The notes under the pieces are model-generated. The model did no database searches and was not told the origin of the DNA. It was given only the letters and a program-made list of their open reading frames with translations. From contig OZ242318.1 in NCBI GenBank assembly GCA_965208105.1, forward strand, positions 3,680,001-3,744,000: a stretch of DNA of 64,000 bases. The letters run 5' to 3'. The translations under genes were made by a program, and so were the position numbers. Every line of letters begins with the position of its first letter. Positions within the stretch are counted from its first letter, which is position 1. Positions 10,401 through 18,297 of the stretch are shown piece by piece. The stretch comes from Candidatus Latescibacterota bacterium (lineage in GTDB: Bacteria; Latescibacterota; UBA2968; UBA8231).

Positions 10401-12768
10401 TTCGACCACCGATGGCGGACCTTTTGCCGGCAGGCTGGATTCGGCCATCGTCTACGTGCCGGAGGCTTACACCCAGATCGTGGTCAGCGCCCCCGATACG
10501 GTGAACCAGGGCGAGGACTTCTGGGTAGGTCTCACCCTGGGCGACAAGTTCGGGAATCAGCGCGCCCAGGATGAACGCCACGTCAGCATCTCGGCTAACA
10601 AGCTGGGGGTTGAGCTGTCGGCGGACATCCAGCTCGTCAAGATGGGCAGCGGCGGTTTCTTTGCCAACAGCGGCAGCTATGCCGGAGAAGGATTGGTCTT
10701 CACGGCGAGGGATCTCATCCCCTCATCTGATGATGACGGTAATGAGTATTTCATCGACGGAGAATCCAATTCCATCTATGTCAGGAGCCCCATCGAGGTT
10801 GTCGCTGGACAGGTTGACCGGCCGGATACCCTCATCGTCGAGGACTACACGGGCGCTGACGGGGCCGGTGACCAGGGCGGCTTCCTGTTGCTGACCTGGG
10901 CTCTGTCCGATCATCACACCTCCGATGGCGTCTATCGTATCTATCGCGAGGTGAGCGTCAACTACGACGCTCCCGGTGAGGATGATACAACTGGGGTTTC
11001 CGTCGTGGAGTTGGAATCTCCCACCATGGTCGCTCTGCCGTGGGCCAAGGTCGACATGATTCCGGGCGAGACCATCGGCCGGGCCATCGTCGCCACCCTT
11101 GACAATGTTGCTACCAGGTGGTTCGTCGCGGCGGAAATCGGCGCGGCAACAAGCGCGAGGGGGAAGCATGCCTTCTCGGACCGTTCCAGCTTCCTGTCGC
11201 CAGAGGATCCCATGGGCGAATCCATGGTTCCGGGGATGGCCGCGCTCGCTTCGGCCAGCGTCGCCTCTCCCTACGAGCTCATGGCCAAGACCATGGTAGT
11301 CAGCAAGCAGGCTGGCCTGGTCGATCCCGACGCTCCGGTCATCGCCACCTTGACACCTGAAGCGCTGGCCTATATGCAGAATGGGGTAGCCCCGCGTTTC
11401 AAGGAAACCGGGGGCGAGGTCCGGTCCTCGGAGTTGACCCCCTCGGCCGAGGAGGTCCGCGCTGTGGACAACATAGCGCCCGAGCCGATTACCACCCTCC
11501 GGGTCCTGGACACCCCGGATGACGCTGGCGCCAGCGTTGACGTGATTTGGACCATCTCCGCGTCGGATATGCTGGTTCCGCGCAGCGCCGCCGGTGCCGT
11601 GGGCAGGGCAGGAGTCGGTGATCTTGCTCCCGGCGTGGTCGGCTACAATGTCTACCGCAAGGAAGGCAATGGAGAGGTCGCCCTCATCGGCAAGGCCGAG
11701 GCCGGGATGACAATCTTCAGTGATGTCACCGTCCTCAACGGCGTGCGCTACACCTACCAGGTGAGCCCGTTCGACGACGACAACGTCGCCCATTCGGAGC
11801 TTGAGGGCACGGCCATGGCAATTCGCAACAAGGTGTTCGACAAGTCCGGCACTCCGATCTACGGCCTCTTCGGTCCGGACCAGAGCGTCGGATTCGACGA
11901 CTTCTTCATCTTCGCTGATTTCTTCGGCCTCGATGCCAGCAGCGAGGGCTACGATCCGGCCTTCGATCTTAGCGGCAACAATAAGATCGACTTCGACGAC
12001 TTCTTCGTCTTCGCCGACAACTTCGGCCGTAGCGTGGAAGCCGCCGGGAAGGCCGTTCCCACCCTGGCTGCCGGGATGAACCCCGAGGCCAGCCTCTTCT
12101 TCGATGCCGTAGTGGAATTGCCGCGGGTCGGAGAAGAGATGGTGATCGACCTCGGTCTGGCCGACTTTTCCGAACTCAAGGGCTACGGTTTCACCGTCAA
12201 TTTCGACAGTGACCACCTCGAGTTCGTCAAAGTCCTCGGCGGCGCCAGCCTCCTCGGCGAGTCCGAGTTGGCCCAGCCGCACCTCGTCGCCCAGGCTGAT
12301 GGCGAGGTCTCCATCGCTGCCTTCGGGCAGACGGTCGACAAGGGCGAGTTGGACATGCGCCTGGTCTTCCGTCCGACGATGGAAATCGAAGACAGCCGAA
12401 TCTACTTCAGCGAAGGTCAGTTGCGCGATGGCAACTACGGGGTCAACCAGGTAGCCCGACTGGGCGAGGTCCAGATTCAGACCCGCCCGGAGGTCTTCTC
12501 CCTGGCTGACAATTATCCCAACCCGTTCAACCCGGAAACCACCATCAAGTACGCGCTGCCCGAGGCAGTCGACGTACGGCTGGACATCTACAACATGCTC
12601 GGCCAGATGGTGCGCACCATGGTCGCGGAGAACCAGAGCCCCGGCCGGTACGTGGTGCGTTGGAGTGCTACCGATGACAGCGGCAACGACCTGTCGACCG
12701 GGATTTACTTCTACCGCCTGCGGGCAGGAGATTTCCTGGAAACCAAGAAGATGCTGCTGCTGAAGTAA
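4492..12768 (+). CDS. Giant secreted surface protein (~2758 aa): signal peptide, 10 Calx-beta/cadherin-like repeats, central Ig-like region, FN3-like, EF-hand/dockerin-like, cohesin-like and C-terminal FlgD-Ig/T9SS-like domains
   Basis: ATG 4492 after GGAGGA; hydrophobic signal ending AVA-Q; repeated LTFT..NW..QTVTV...DDD units; duplicated DFDDFF.FAD.FG; GYGFTVNFD cohesin-like motif; NYPNPFNPETTI...GIYFYRL...KKMLLLK terminus. Confidence 0.85.
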   Translation: MYKGSKSLLLLFSISLLVGIGAIGPNEAVAQSTPGVTATSPAAGYTSDDEITEGGSEDYTLVLDSQPTGDVTITITVSDAADVNPHGITVDPMELTFTRDNWNEAQTVTVSVAEDDNADDPTTTTLTYAISGANYGAVTLTALSVDVTDNDSRGVLVDPATLSVAENGSATYDVWLTSAPIGDNVVVIDVGGASDPVTVDTDRGTADNQTTLTFTADNWNQPQTVRVAAAEDDDADSEEVTLTNSAGGILEASQTADPGYTSAATASVTVTAEDNDLGMVVVTPTSLSLEEGGANNTKTFDVVLASDPGSDITVTVTVPDAAADDPPHGVTVDTDATTDGHQPGATTTLTFTANTGTAPNIVTGTWGTAQKVSLATADDLDAMDAEVEVAVTIESGGSTTYPAGMDIDDVTVMVVDDDDEGSVVVSSNALSIDEGGTSTYTVELGGEPTSPSAVVTVTIASSSGELRVVSNGVMTFTDANWNTPKTVTVIADEDADAVMDDDVTLTHAVTVDDGGASTGNYAGVDAEEVMVTIAENDVAGVSVTSATLEIVEGAEKTYTVVLDSEPSDNVTVEITSSSDMLTADPSSLRFTAGDWSTAQTVTLSAGQDDNADPNPDAVLTHDASGGDYDNVADVTITVMIEEDDAGAVVDTDPAMDGGQDELSIEEGKSGTYTVALVSNPGGNVTVTPVAPSGADIQVSPAFLTFTTSTWGAPQTVTVKTTADADAASDEDVVIAHQVAAPDGYELTVPDVTVMITELNTRSVTVAPTALTITEGQSGTYSVVLTSEPTGPVSVSPTVQPGTDVSLSSATPLPLTFSASNWNQPQMVTVNVAQDDDTATDPAVVLSHRVTGGDYGDPDGDPATDDAVAAASVTVTIMDDDTPMLTIAPTALTVAEGGSGTYTVVLPQAPTGDVTVTVTGATGDVTVAPTSLTFTTANYNTAQTVTVSVGEDDDGATDPSVTLTHNVAGGGYDASGSAALTVTVAITENDAPAVTVSPTALTLDEGGAAKSYTVVLATRPSGDVTVTATASAKVQVNPASLTFSTSNWNQAQAVEVSAAEDDDSANDEVTLKHAVSGGGYDAVTAADVMVTVTDNDQPGVRASLATLSILEGESGTYTVVLATQPTGDVTVTPVVPSGTDVTVDPTSLTFTTGNWGTEQTVKVSAAADVDETTDAVVTLTHTVSGADYAQVTGPEVAVGIREASLVVSAQVAEVTISVPDSGVVRGIDSVLTATVRVLDVPRTPGLEVVMYLVAGDKADTVVTENTSVVRAFDPEGKSFERAATSAERQAELDLVEAAVGKSLVAAHEDRRPSGGGIAAGAGLVAVRKAVNNDKSVFSTTFTGDADSVVTKDVTNGVQFTWEVKVSSQVSEVKRVRVAAFVVNREGDGAVGGVKISKASQQFSLDGDRPMNPHAFENTTANGALEEDAIVVTNGNRGVGGFERGATTVLGIGDSLYMRLKLGPDVAAILGDGSKLDVAAVVFGKTIAVDRSNRESGSDVVELDLILKEDMFGSGTEGCCAGDAASAATDTLRFVYVDGAGNLSGDVNGPVGGAKATTNFLIDTKKPVLDGLAKGEGDTIIPVSNDTISDGTLNAGFPSDTNTVIWKLAEPLDSLFITFDGADVDASISIPNKTSSIGDPALRRGFDRILDFTELGNLPTDDDSVRVLMVDADGKEVAVAGYNGGDASVSYKQRPGVKDNTDSLLTGLHTLKLKGRDFGGNLGPELERENVYVDVDDIQFGRLFPTKAGFGPVDKERVDEINAETAAVTFHLSEPADSVLITYKGIEGPDEDGVRTRRLSGTELMRTDGAQSFVVDSLEHGTKYQLTVLGRDIAGNFTMAGPDTFLYNTDAVIPTIRRFAVKATRGGDAALPIGLTDTNHVPAGGKVLLTLMADATAEDGIPAVTYKSDAILKVDIVGSTAATTGIALEGTGVEDMGGGRAVLKGLDWVTGSRTVTLTDSATIETLMVSIVDSTTDGGPFAGRLDSAIVYVPEAYTQIVVSAPDTVNQGEDFWVGLTLGDKFGNQRAQDERHVSISANKLGVELSADIQLVKMGSGGFFANSGSYAGEGLVFTARDLIPSSDDDGNEYFIDGESNSIYVRSPIEVVAGQVDRPDTLIVEDYTGADGAGDQGGFLLLTWALSDHHTSDGVYRIYREVSVNYDAPGEDDTTGVSVVELESPTMVALPWAKVDMIPGETIGRAIVATLDNVATRWFVAAEIGAATSARGKHAFSDRSSFLSPEDPMGESMVPGMAALASASVASPYELMAKTMVVSKQAGLVDPDAPVIATLTPEALAYMQNGVAPRFKETGGEVRSSELTPSAEEVRAVDNIAPEPITTLRVLDTPDDAGASVDVIWTISASDMLVPRSAAGAVGRAGVGDLAPGVVGYNVYRKEGNGEVALIGKAEAGMTIFSDVTVLNGVRYTYQVSPFDDDNVAHSELEGTAMAIRNKVFDKSGTPIYGLFGPDQSVGFDDFFIFADFFGLDASSEGYDPAFDLSGNNKIDFDDFFVFADNFGRSVEAAGKAVPTLAAGMNPEASLFFDAVVELPRVGEEMVIDLGLADFSELKGYGFTVNFDSDHLEFVKVLGGASLLGESELAQPHLVAQADGEVSIAAFGQTVDKGELDMRLVFRPTMEIEDSRIYFSEGQLRDGNYGVNQVARLGEVQIQTRPEVFSLADNYPNPFNPETTIKYALPEAVDVRLDIYNMLGQMVRTMVAENQSPGRYVVRWSATDDSGNDLSTGIYFYRLRAGDFLETKKMLLLK
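4590..8095 (+). repeat. Ten ~100-130 aa Asp/Thr/Val-rich tandem domains (Calx-beta/cadherin-like)
   Basis: Ten occurrences of the (L/M)(T/R)F(T/S)...W/Y...QTV motif, each preceded by E-G..TY.V.L...P; boundaries approximate. Confidence 0.75.
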
Positions 12769-12777
12769 GCTGGTTGT

Positions 12778-12830
12778 ACAGATGTGGGACGGGGTCCTTT
12801 CGAGGATTCCCGTCTCACATCTGTTTTTTT
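12778..12830 (+). terminator. Rho-independent terminator
   Basis: Long stem ACAGATGTGGGACGGGGTCCT-TTCG-AGGATTCCCGTCTCACATCTGT followed by a T run. Confidence 0.85.
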
Positions 12831-12899
12831 TATCTATTGCTCAGTTGCGGTAATTTCTCACCTACCTTTTGAAATCCACTGAAGAGAGGAGCATCGCTC

Positions 12900-14447
12900 A
12901 TGCTTGATCGTGTGCACAAAGTCGCGTGGCTCGCCACCGCATTTGTGCTCGTGGGGAGCGGGGCCGCCTTCGCCGGCGAGAATGCGAATGCGGAGGTCTC
13001 CCTCACCAGCCCGGTTGAAGTCTCAGGTGTAGGGCCCGGTGCGGAGGTAACCGTGGCTCTTTCTGCGTCCGGTCTGGTAGGAGCAAAGCAGATTGCCTGG
13101 ACTGTAGAAGTCTCGGATGCCGCCCATTTCGATTTCGGCGTTTACACGGCCGAAGGGGCCGACCCCGCAAACTACATCACCCCGCCTCCCGGCGCCTTCG
13201 GGGCCCAGTTCACTGGACCGGAGTATCCCGAGGGGGAAGATGATCAGCTCAAGGTTGCCTTCGCTTACCTTCAAGGTGACGGCCTGAGCGGGGAGAGCAC
13301 GCTTGGTGAATTGAAGCTGGTGACATCTTCCAGTTTCACCACCACCACCGAGGCCACCATCACCGTGGTTGAAGTTACCCTGGGACAGAGCTCCGAGGAC
13401 TGGAACGTGTTCGACGCCGAGGCCCTGGGCCTCAGCATCACCGTCAATCCGCCGGCGCCGCCGGTGGTGGAGCCCACTTTGACGGCGACCACTCCCACCG
13501 ACGCCTCTCTCTCTTATGGTGAGAGCGTCGCTTTCGGCATCAACTTCACCGACCAGAGCGGAGGCGCAGCCTCGGGCCAGGCCATAAGCTGGACCATCGT
13601 CAACAACGGGTCCGAGTCGGTCTTCGTCCTCGGTCAGGAGATCACCGCCGGCAGCACCGTCAGCGTCGATCTCGCCACCGACAACAACGGTAACTCCGGT
13701 GGCGTGATCAGCGCCGAGGGGGACCGCACCGCGGGGACCACCAGCATCTCGGTGACAGCGGCCACCAGCGCCGACAATTCCGAGGGAGCCTCCCGCGACC
13801 TGTCGGTGAACTTCAGCGCCACCTGGGACGTGCCCGTCGCCGCCGAGCTCTCCAGCTTCGCTGCCGACGTCACCCTGTCCAACGAGGTGATCCTGCGCTG
13901 GGGCGTGGTCTCCCAGTCGAACAACCTGGGGTGGGAAATCTACCGCAGTGTGGACAACATCCACTTCGAGCAGGTGGGAGACCTGGTTCCCGGTGACGGG
14001 ACCTCGGACGAGTTCAAGGTCTACACCTTCGAAGACGGTGACCTGCCCGCTGCCCAGGTCCTCTACTATTATTTGAGGCAGATCGATCTGGACGGCAGCT
14101 CGAGCCGGTCGAGGGTGCTGGAGGTTCAGGTGGCCAATCCTACCGTCGTCGAGCAGGCCCTTCCTTTGGCCAATGCGCTGCACCAGAACTATCCCAATCC
14201 GTTCAACCCCGAGACCACCATCGCATTCGAGTTGAACGAGGAAGCGGTGGTGAGCCTGATTATTTACGATATGGCCGGTCAGGTGGTTCGCGAGCTCGCC
14301 GCCGAGCATGTCTTGGCCGCTGGGCACTACAATAGGCTCTGGGACGGCCGCGACGACAACGGCGACCGGGTGGGAAGCGGAGTGTACTTCTACCGCCTGG
14401 GAGCGGGTAATTTCACCTCGGTGAAGAAGATGATTCTCCTGAAGTAA
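12900..14447 (+). CDS. Secreted protein with cohesin-like N-terminus and C-terminal FlgD-Ig/T9SS-like domain
   Basis: Signal peptide (AFA-G); VPVAAELSSF...LRW...NNLGWEIYRS...YYYLRQIDLDG module; QNYPNPFNPETTI...GVYFYRL...KKMILLK. Confidence 0.8.
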   Translation: MLDRVHKVAWLATAFVLVGSGAAFAGENANAEVSLTSPVEVSGVGPGAEVTVALSASGLVGAKQIAWTVEVSDAAHFDFGVYTAEGADPANYITPPPGAFGAQFTGPEYPEGEDDQLKVAFAYLQGDGLSGESTLGELKLVTSSSFTTTTEATITVVEVTLGQSSEDWNVFDAEALGLSITVNPPAPPVVEPTLTATTPTDASLSYGESVAFGINFTDQSGGAASGQAISWTIVNNGSESVFVLGQEITAGSTVSVDLATDNNGNSGGVISAEGDRTAGTTSISVTAATSADNSEGASRDLSVNFSATWDVPVAAELSSFAADVTLSNEVILRWGVVSQSNNLGWEIYRSVDNIHFEQVGDLVPGDGTSDEFKVYTFEDGDLPAAQVLYYYLRQIDLDGSSSRSRVLEVQVANPTVVEQALPLANALHQNYPNPFNPETTIAFELNEEAVVSLIIYDMAGQVVRELAAEHVLAAGHYNRLWDGRDDNGDRVGSGVYFYRLGAGNFTSVKKMILLK

Positions 14448-14469
14448 GCCGCTCCCTCGCTTGGACTGT

Positions 14470-14510
14470 AAAAGGCCGTCGGGTTCTCCAGGAGGATCCG
14501 ACGGCCTTTT
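14470..14510 (+). terminator. Rho-independent terminator
   Basis: AAAAGGCCGTCGG...CCGACGGCCTTTT inverted repeat. Confidence 0.8.
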
Positions 14511-14649
14511 CTCTTGCTTGGCCTGGCCGCGCGGGAGCCGGTTTCCTGGGCTTGAGGGGTTGCTGCAAGGTGGTGTTTAAACAGGGGTTGGGCCGTCTGG
14601 TCCGGTCTTGCGCGGATGGTGCGTTTCGATTATATTGGACTAGAAGCCC

Positions 14650-14895
14650 ATGATAGTCAAGGTGCTGTTCTTCGCTTCCTGCCGCGATATTGCCGGGTGC
14701 AGGGAGAAGGAATGGGAGATTCTCGATGGGGCGACGGTGGGTGACCTCAAGGGCAGGCTGGTTGCCGTCTTCGGCGGGCTTGCGCGGTTGCGCGACAGCC
14801 TTGCGGTTGCGGTCAATACCGAGTATGCGGATGACTCGACGGTTCTCTCCGATGGCGACGAGGTGGCGCTCATTCCCCCGGTGAGCGGAGGGTGA
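14650..14895 (+). CDS. moaD: Molybdopterin synthase sulfur carrier subunit
   Basis: VKVLFFA start, AVN.EYA, C-terminal IPPVSGG. Confidence 0.95.
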   Translation: MIVKVLFFASCRDIAGCREKEWEILDGATVGDLKGRLVAVFGGLARLRDSLAVAVNTEYADDSTVLSDGDEVALIPPVSGG

Positions 14896-15324
14896 ATGTT
14901 CAGAATCAGCAAAGACCCCATTCAACCGGACGACCTGTACAGGGACGTGCTCCGAGACTGCAACGGGGCCGTGGTCACCTTCTGCGGAGTGGTGCGCGAC
15001 AACTCCGGAGGACGACGGACCGAGTACCTGGTCTACGATGCCTACGAGGAGATGGCCGAGCGCAAGATGGCCGAGATCGGCTCCGAGGTGGAGCGACGCT
15101 GGAATATCCGGCACATCGCCATGGTGCACCGGGTGGGGCGCCTCGAGATCGGTGAGATCAGCGTGCTCATCGCCGTCGCCAGTCCCCACCGGCCGCAGGC
15201 CTTCGAGGCCTGCCACTATGCCATAGACCGGCTCAAGGAGGTGGTGCCCATCTGGAAGAAGGAGGTGGGCGAGGACGGAACCGCATGGGTGGAAGGGCCG
15301 CAGCCCGTAGCCGAGGGAGCCTGA
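14896..15324 (+). CDS. moaE: Molybdopterin synthase catalytic subunit
   Basis: GAVVTF.GVVR, HRVG.L.IGE, SPHR..AF, LKEVVPIWKKE. Confidence 0.95.
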   Translation: MFRISKDPIQPDDLYRDVLRDCNGAVVTFCGVVRDNSGGRRTEYLVYDAYEEMAERKMAEIGSEVERRWNIRHIAMVHRVGRLEIGEISVLIAVASPHRPQAFEACHYAIDRLKEVVPIWKKEVGEDGTAWVEGPQPVAEGA

Positions 15325-15327
15325 GGT

Positions 15328-15828
15328 TTGCTGATCAATTTCACATGGCTCGTTTCCGGGAAGATCGCCGGGATGGGACAGCCCGGGGGCTACGGATATC
15401 ATTCAGGGGATGGCTGGGAGCGGCTTGCCCTGGACTTGGACGAGTTGCGGTGGGAGGGCATCCGTGCCGTGGTGTCTCTGACCGAGCAGGGTCTGGACCG
15501 TGGAATGCTGAAGGCCAGGGACATGAGCTATCTGCATCTTCCCGTGGGGGATATGCAGCCTCCCACCCTGGAAGAGGCGCTCAGGTTCATGGAGTTCGTC
15601 CGCGAGGCCGAGCGCGCGGGCCGTCCCGTGGTGGTTCACTGCGGCGCCGGACAGGGCCGCACCGGGACCATGCTTGCTTGCTATCTGGTGGGGCAGGGGA
15701 TGGAGGCAGGTCAGGCCCTGGCGCGGGTCCGGCGGGACCGGCCCGGCTCGGTGGAGACGGCGGGGCAGGAAGAGACCGTCCGCGAGTACGCCGCTCACTG
15801 GAGACGCCCCGCCGGGCAGTCGGCCTGA
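15328..15828 (+). CDS. Dual-specificity / Cys-dependent protein phosphatase
   Basis: VHCGAGQGRTG (HCX5R) active site, DMQPP acid loop, RPGSVET. Confidence 0.9.
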   Translation: MLINFTWLVSGKIAGMGQPGGYGYHSGDGWERLALDLDELRWEGIRAVVSLTEQGLDRGMLKARDMSYLHLPVGDMQPPTLEEALRFMEFVREAERAGRPVVVHCGAGQGRTGTMLACYLVGQGMEAGQALARVRRDRPGSVETAGQEETVREYAAHWRRPAGQSA

Positions 15829-15882
15829 GGCCGGGCTGGATCGAGACGGTATTCACAAACTAGCAGGGAAGAGAGGGCAAGA

Positions 15883-16077
15883 ATGGAAATCGGCAGCTTA
15901 CCACAGTGCTTATCCTGTTCCGAGGGCGTGCTGATTCCCCTTTCCGATTACGGCAGGGAAGGCGCGACCATACATTTCAAGGCCTGGGCCTGCACCAACC
16001 CGAAATGCGGGTTCCACATACGGATCGACAACGGGGAGTTGAGTATGGGAAAGGATATCAAGGAGTCCTACAAATAA
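15883..16077 (+). CDS. Small putative Zn-ribbon protein (64 aa)
   Basis: CxxC...CxxxxC pattern, purine-rich RBS, codon usage like neighbours. Confidence 0.65.
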   Translation: MEIGSLPQCLSCSEGVLIPLSDYGREGATIHFKAWACTNPKCGFHIRIDNGELSMGKDIKESYK

Positions 16078-16165
16078 AGGGCCGGGCTGTCCGGGTCATG
16101 GCCGGTGGCAGGTGCGCCCGATGCGGCCGCGGCCGGCCCCGCTGGATCACGGCTTTTTGAATCAG

Positions 16166-16194
16166 GGGGCTCCCCTGCGGTCGGGAGCCCTTTC
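16166..16194 (+). terminator. Probable terminator hairpin
   Basis: GGGCTCCC...GGGAGCCC followed by TTTC. Confidence 0.5.
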
Positions 16195-16212
16195 CTCTCC
16201 AGAATCGAACCA

Positions 16213-17148
16213 ATGAAAAATCGAACCTACGGTGGCTGGGTGATCAAGATAGGGGCCTTCGCTCTCGCCGCGATCCTCTGGTTCCACGCCGTCACCGAGA
16301 ACTCCTACAAGAAGGAAATCGACGTCCGCCTGGAGGTCGAGGATCCCCTCACAGATGCCCCCGAGGACGAGATCATCGTGGCAAACCTACTCCCCTCCCA
16401 CGTGCGCGTGCTCGTTTCCGGGAGTGGCAAGGACCTTTTGCAGTTGAACCAGGATGGGCTCATGCTGCGGGTGGAAACCCAGGAGGGCAGCGCCGGAAGC
16501 CGGCATCATTACAGGCTGACCCCGGGGCTCATCGAGAGCAGGATCGGGGACTTGGCCGTGAAGGTCGAGGAAATCCTGGAACCCACCGAGATCGAGGTCG
16601 CCCTGGATCGGAGCATGGAGCGCGAGGTGGAGGTGCGGCCTGTGGTCGAGCTCAACGCCGCCGAATCCTATACCCTGGTCGGAGGGTTTCAGCTCGACCC
16701 GCAGAAGGTGAGGATTACCGGACCGGCGCGGGAGATACGCAAGATCCGCTACGTCGAAACCGATTCGCTGGTGGTGGGAGGGCTCCAGGAGGACGTGGAA
16801 TATCGCCTGTCCCTGAGCAAACCCGCCGGTCTCCCGGTCGAGCTGGAACCCGATCACATCACTCTGAAGGCCGACATTCAGATTCTGGCCGAGGACGACA
16901 TCGCAGGGGTGCCGGTGGAAGTGCGTTACGCGAGGGGCTCCGGGGTGGCCTGCGTGCCGCCCATGGTCAGGGTGAAGGTGCGGGGGGCGGTACAGGTACT
17001 GGCCGATCTCGACCCCGAACGGGATCTGGAGCTCTTCGTGGACTACAGGGACTACTCCGGGGAAAGTGTTCCCGTGAGGGCTGCGCCCAAAGGCCTGTTC
17101 GAGGTCAGGGAGATCATTCCCGCCGAGGTCAGCTTGATCGTTCCATAG
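16213..17148 (+). CDS. YbbR/CdaR-like membrane-anchored protein
   Basis: N-terminal K..A..LA..LW TM anchor, repeated V.(V/I).G beta domains (VRITGP). Confidence 0.75.
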   Translation: MKNRTYGGWVIKIGAFALAAILWFHAVTENSYKKEIDVRLEVEDPLTDAPEDEIIVANLLPSHVRVLVSGSGKDLLQLNQDGLMLRVETQEGSAGSRHHYRLTPGLIESRIGDLAVKVEEILEPTEIEVALDRSMEREVEVRPVVELNAAESYTLVGGFQLDPQKVRITGPAREIRKIRYVETDSLVVGGLQEDVEYRLSLSKPAGLPVELEPDHITLKADIQILAEDDIAGVPVEVRYARGSGVACVPPMVRVKVRGAVQVLADLDPERDLELFVDYRDYSGESVPVRAAPKGLFEVREIIPAEVSLIVP

Positions 17149-17204
17149 GGCGGCCTTTCCTCGTCCTTCCCATTGTTGATCCGTTTCCCATTCGGGTGCG
17201 TTGA

Positions 17205-18230
17205 ATGCTGGTGCTGGGCATAGAGACCTCCTGTGACGAGACCTCCGCCGCGGTGGTGGACGACGGCTACGCCGTCCATTCCAACATCGTGTATTCGCAG
17301 CAGGACCACGCCAGCTTCGGGGGGGTGGTCCCCGAGCTGGCCTCGCGCGCCCATCTGCGCGCCATCGTTCCTACCGTGCGCGAGGCCGTGGCCGCCGCGG
17401 GAGTCGAGCTGGGCGGTCTGGACGGCATTGCGGTGACCCGCGGACCGGGCCTGGTGGGGTCGTTGATCGTCGGTCTCTCCCTGGCCAAGGCCCTGGCCCT
17501 GGCGCTGAAGATCAGTTGGGTGGGGGTGCACCACCTCGAAGGGCACATCTTCTCCAACCTCATCGAGCACCCGCTGCAGCCCCCCTTCCTCACCCTGCTC
17601 GTTTCGGGGGGCCACACCGAGCTGGTGCTGGTGCCCGAGTTGGGGCGCTACGTGATCCTGGGACGCACCAGGGACGACGCGGCCGGCGAGGCCTTCGACA
17701 AGGTGGCCAAGCTGCTGGACCTGCTTCCCTCCTCCGGCTCCATCATGGGAGGAAAGCTGGTCTCGGAAGCGGCCTCGAGCGGCGACTCGGGGGCCATCCC
17801 CTTTCCCCGCGGCCTGGGAGGGGAGGACACCTTTGATTTCAGCTTCAGCGGGGTGAAGACCGCGGTGCTCAACCACGTCCGCCGCCTGGGGCCGGGTGAG
17901 CTCCGGGCGCAGTTGGCGGACATAGCCGCCAGCTTCCAGGCCGCGGTGGTGGACGTCCTGGTGGACAAGACGGTCAGGGCGATGGAGCGGACCGGGGTGG
18001 AAAGGGTGGCCCTGGCCGGCGGCGTGGCCGCCAACGGCAGCCTGCGCCGGCATTTGCAGGAGGAGGTTGCCAGCCGCGGCGGATCCCTGTGCGTTCCTTC
18101 GCCGCTTTTGTGCACCGACAACGCGGCGATGATCGCGGCCGCCGGTGCCTTCTACCTGGGGCGCGGGGTCAGCTCCGGCTACGACCTGGACGCGATCCCT
18201 CGCCTGAGCCTGGGAGAGAACGGCTCCTGA
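17205..18230 (+). CDS. tsaD: tRNA N6-adenosine threonylcarbamoyltransferase
   Basis: LGIETSCDET, GGVVPELASRAH, HHLEGH, SGGHT, DDAAGEAFDK, CTDNAAMIA. Confidence 0.97.
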   Translation: MLVLGIETSCDETSAAVVDDGYAVHSNIVYSQQDHASFGGVVPELASRAHLRAIVPTVREAVAAAGVELGGLDGIAVTRGPGLVGSLIVGLSLAKALALALKISWVGVHHLEGHIFSNLIEHPLQPPFLTLLVSGGHTELVLVPELGRYVILGRTRDDAAGEAFDKVAKLLDLLPSSGSIMGGKLVSEAASSGDSGAIPFPRGLGGEDTFDFSFSGVKTAVLNHVRRLGPGELRAQLADIAASFQAAVVDVLVDKTVRAMERTGVERVALAGGVAANGSLRRHLQEEVASRGGSLCVPSPLLCTDNAAMIAAAGAFYLGRGVSSGYDLDAIPRLSLGENGS

Positions 18231-18297
18231 GGCGTGGCGGAGGCGGGCGGCGGAAGCGCGTCCCGCAAACCCATAACCAGAAGATTATTCTCCTTCC

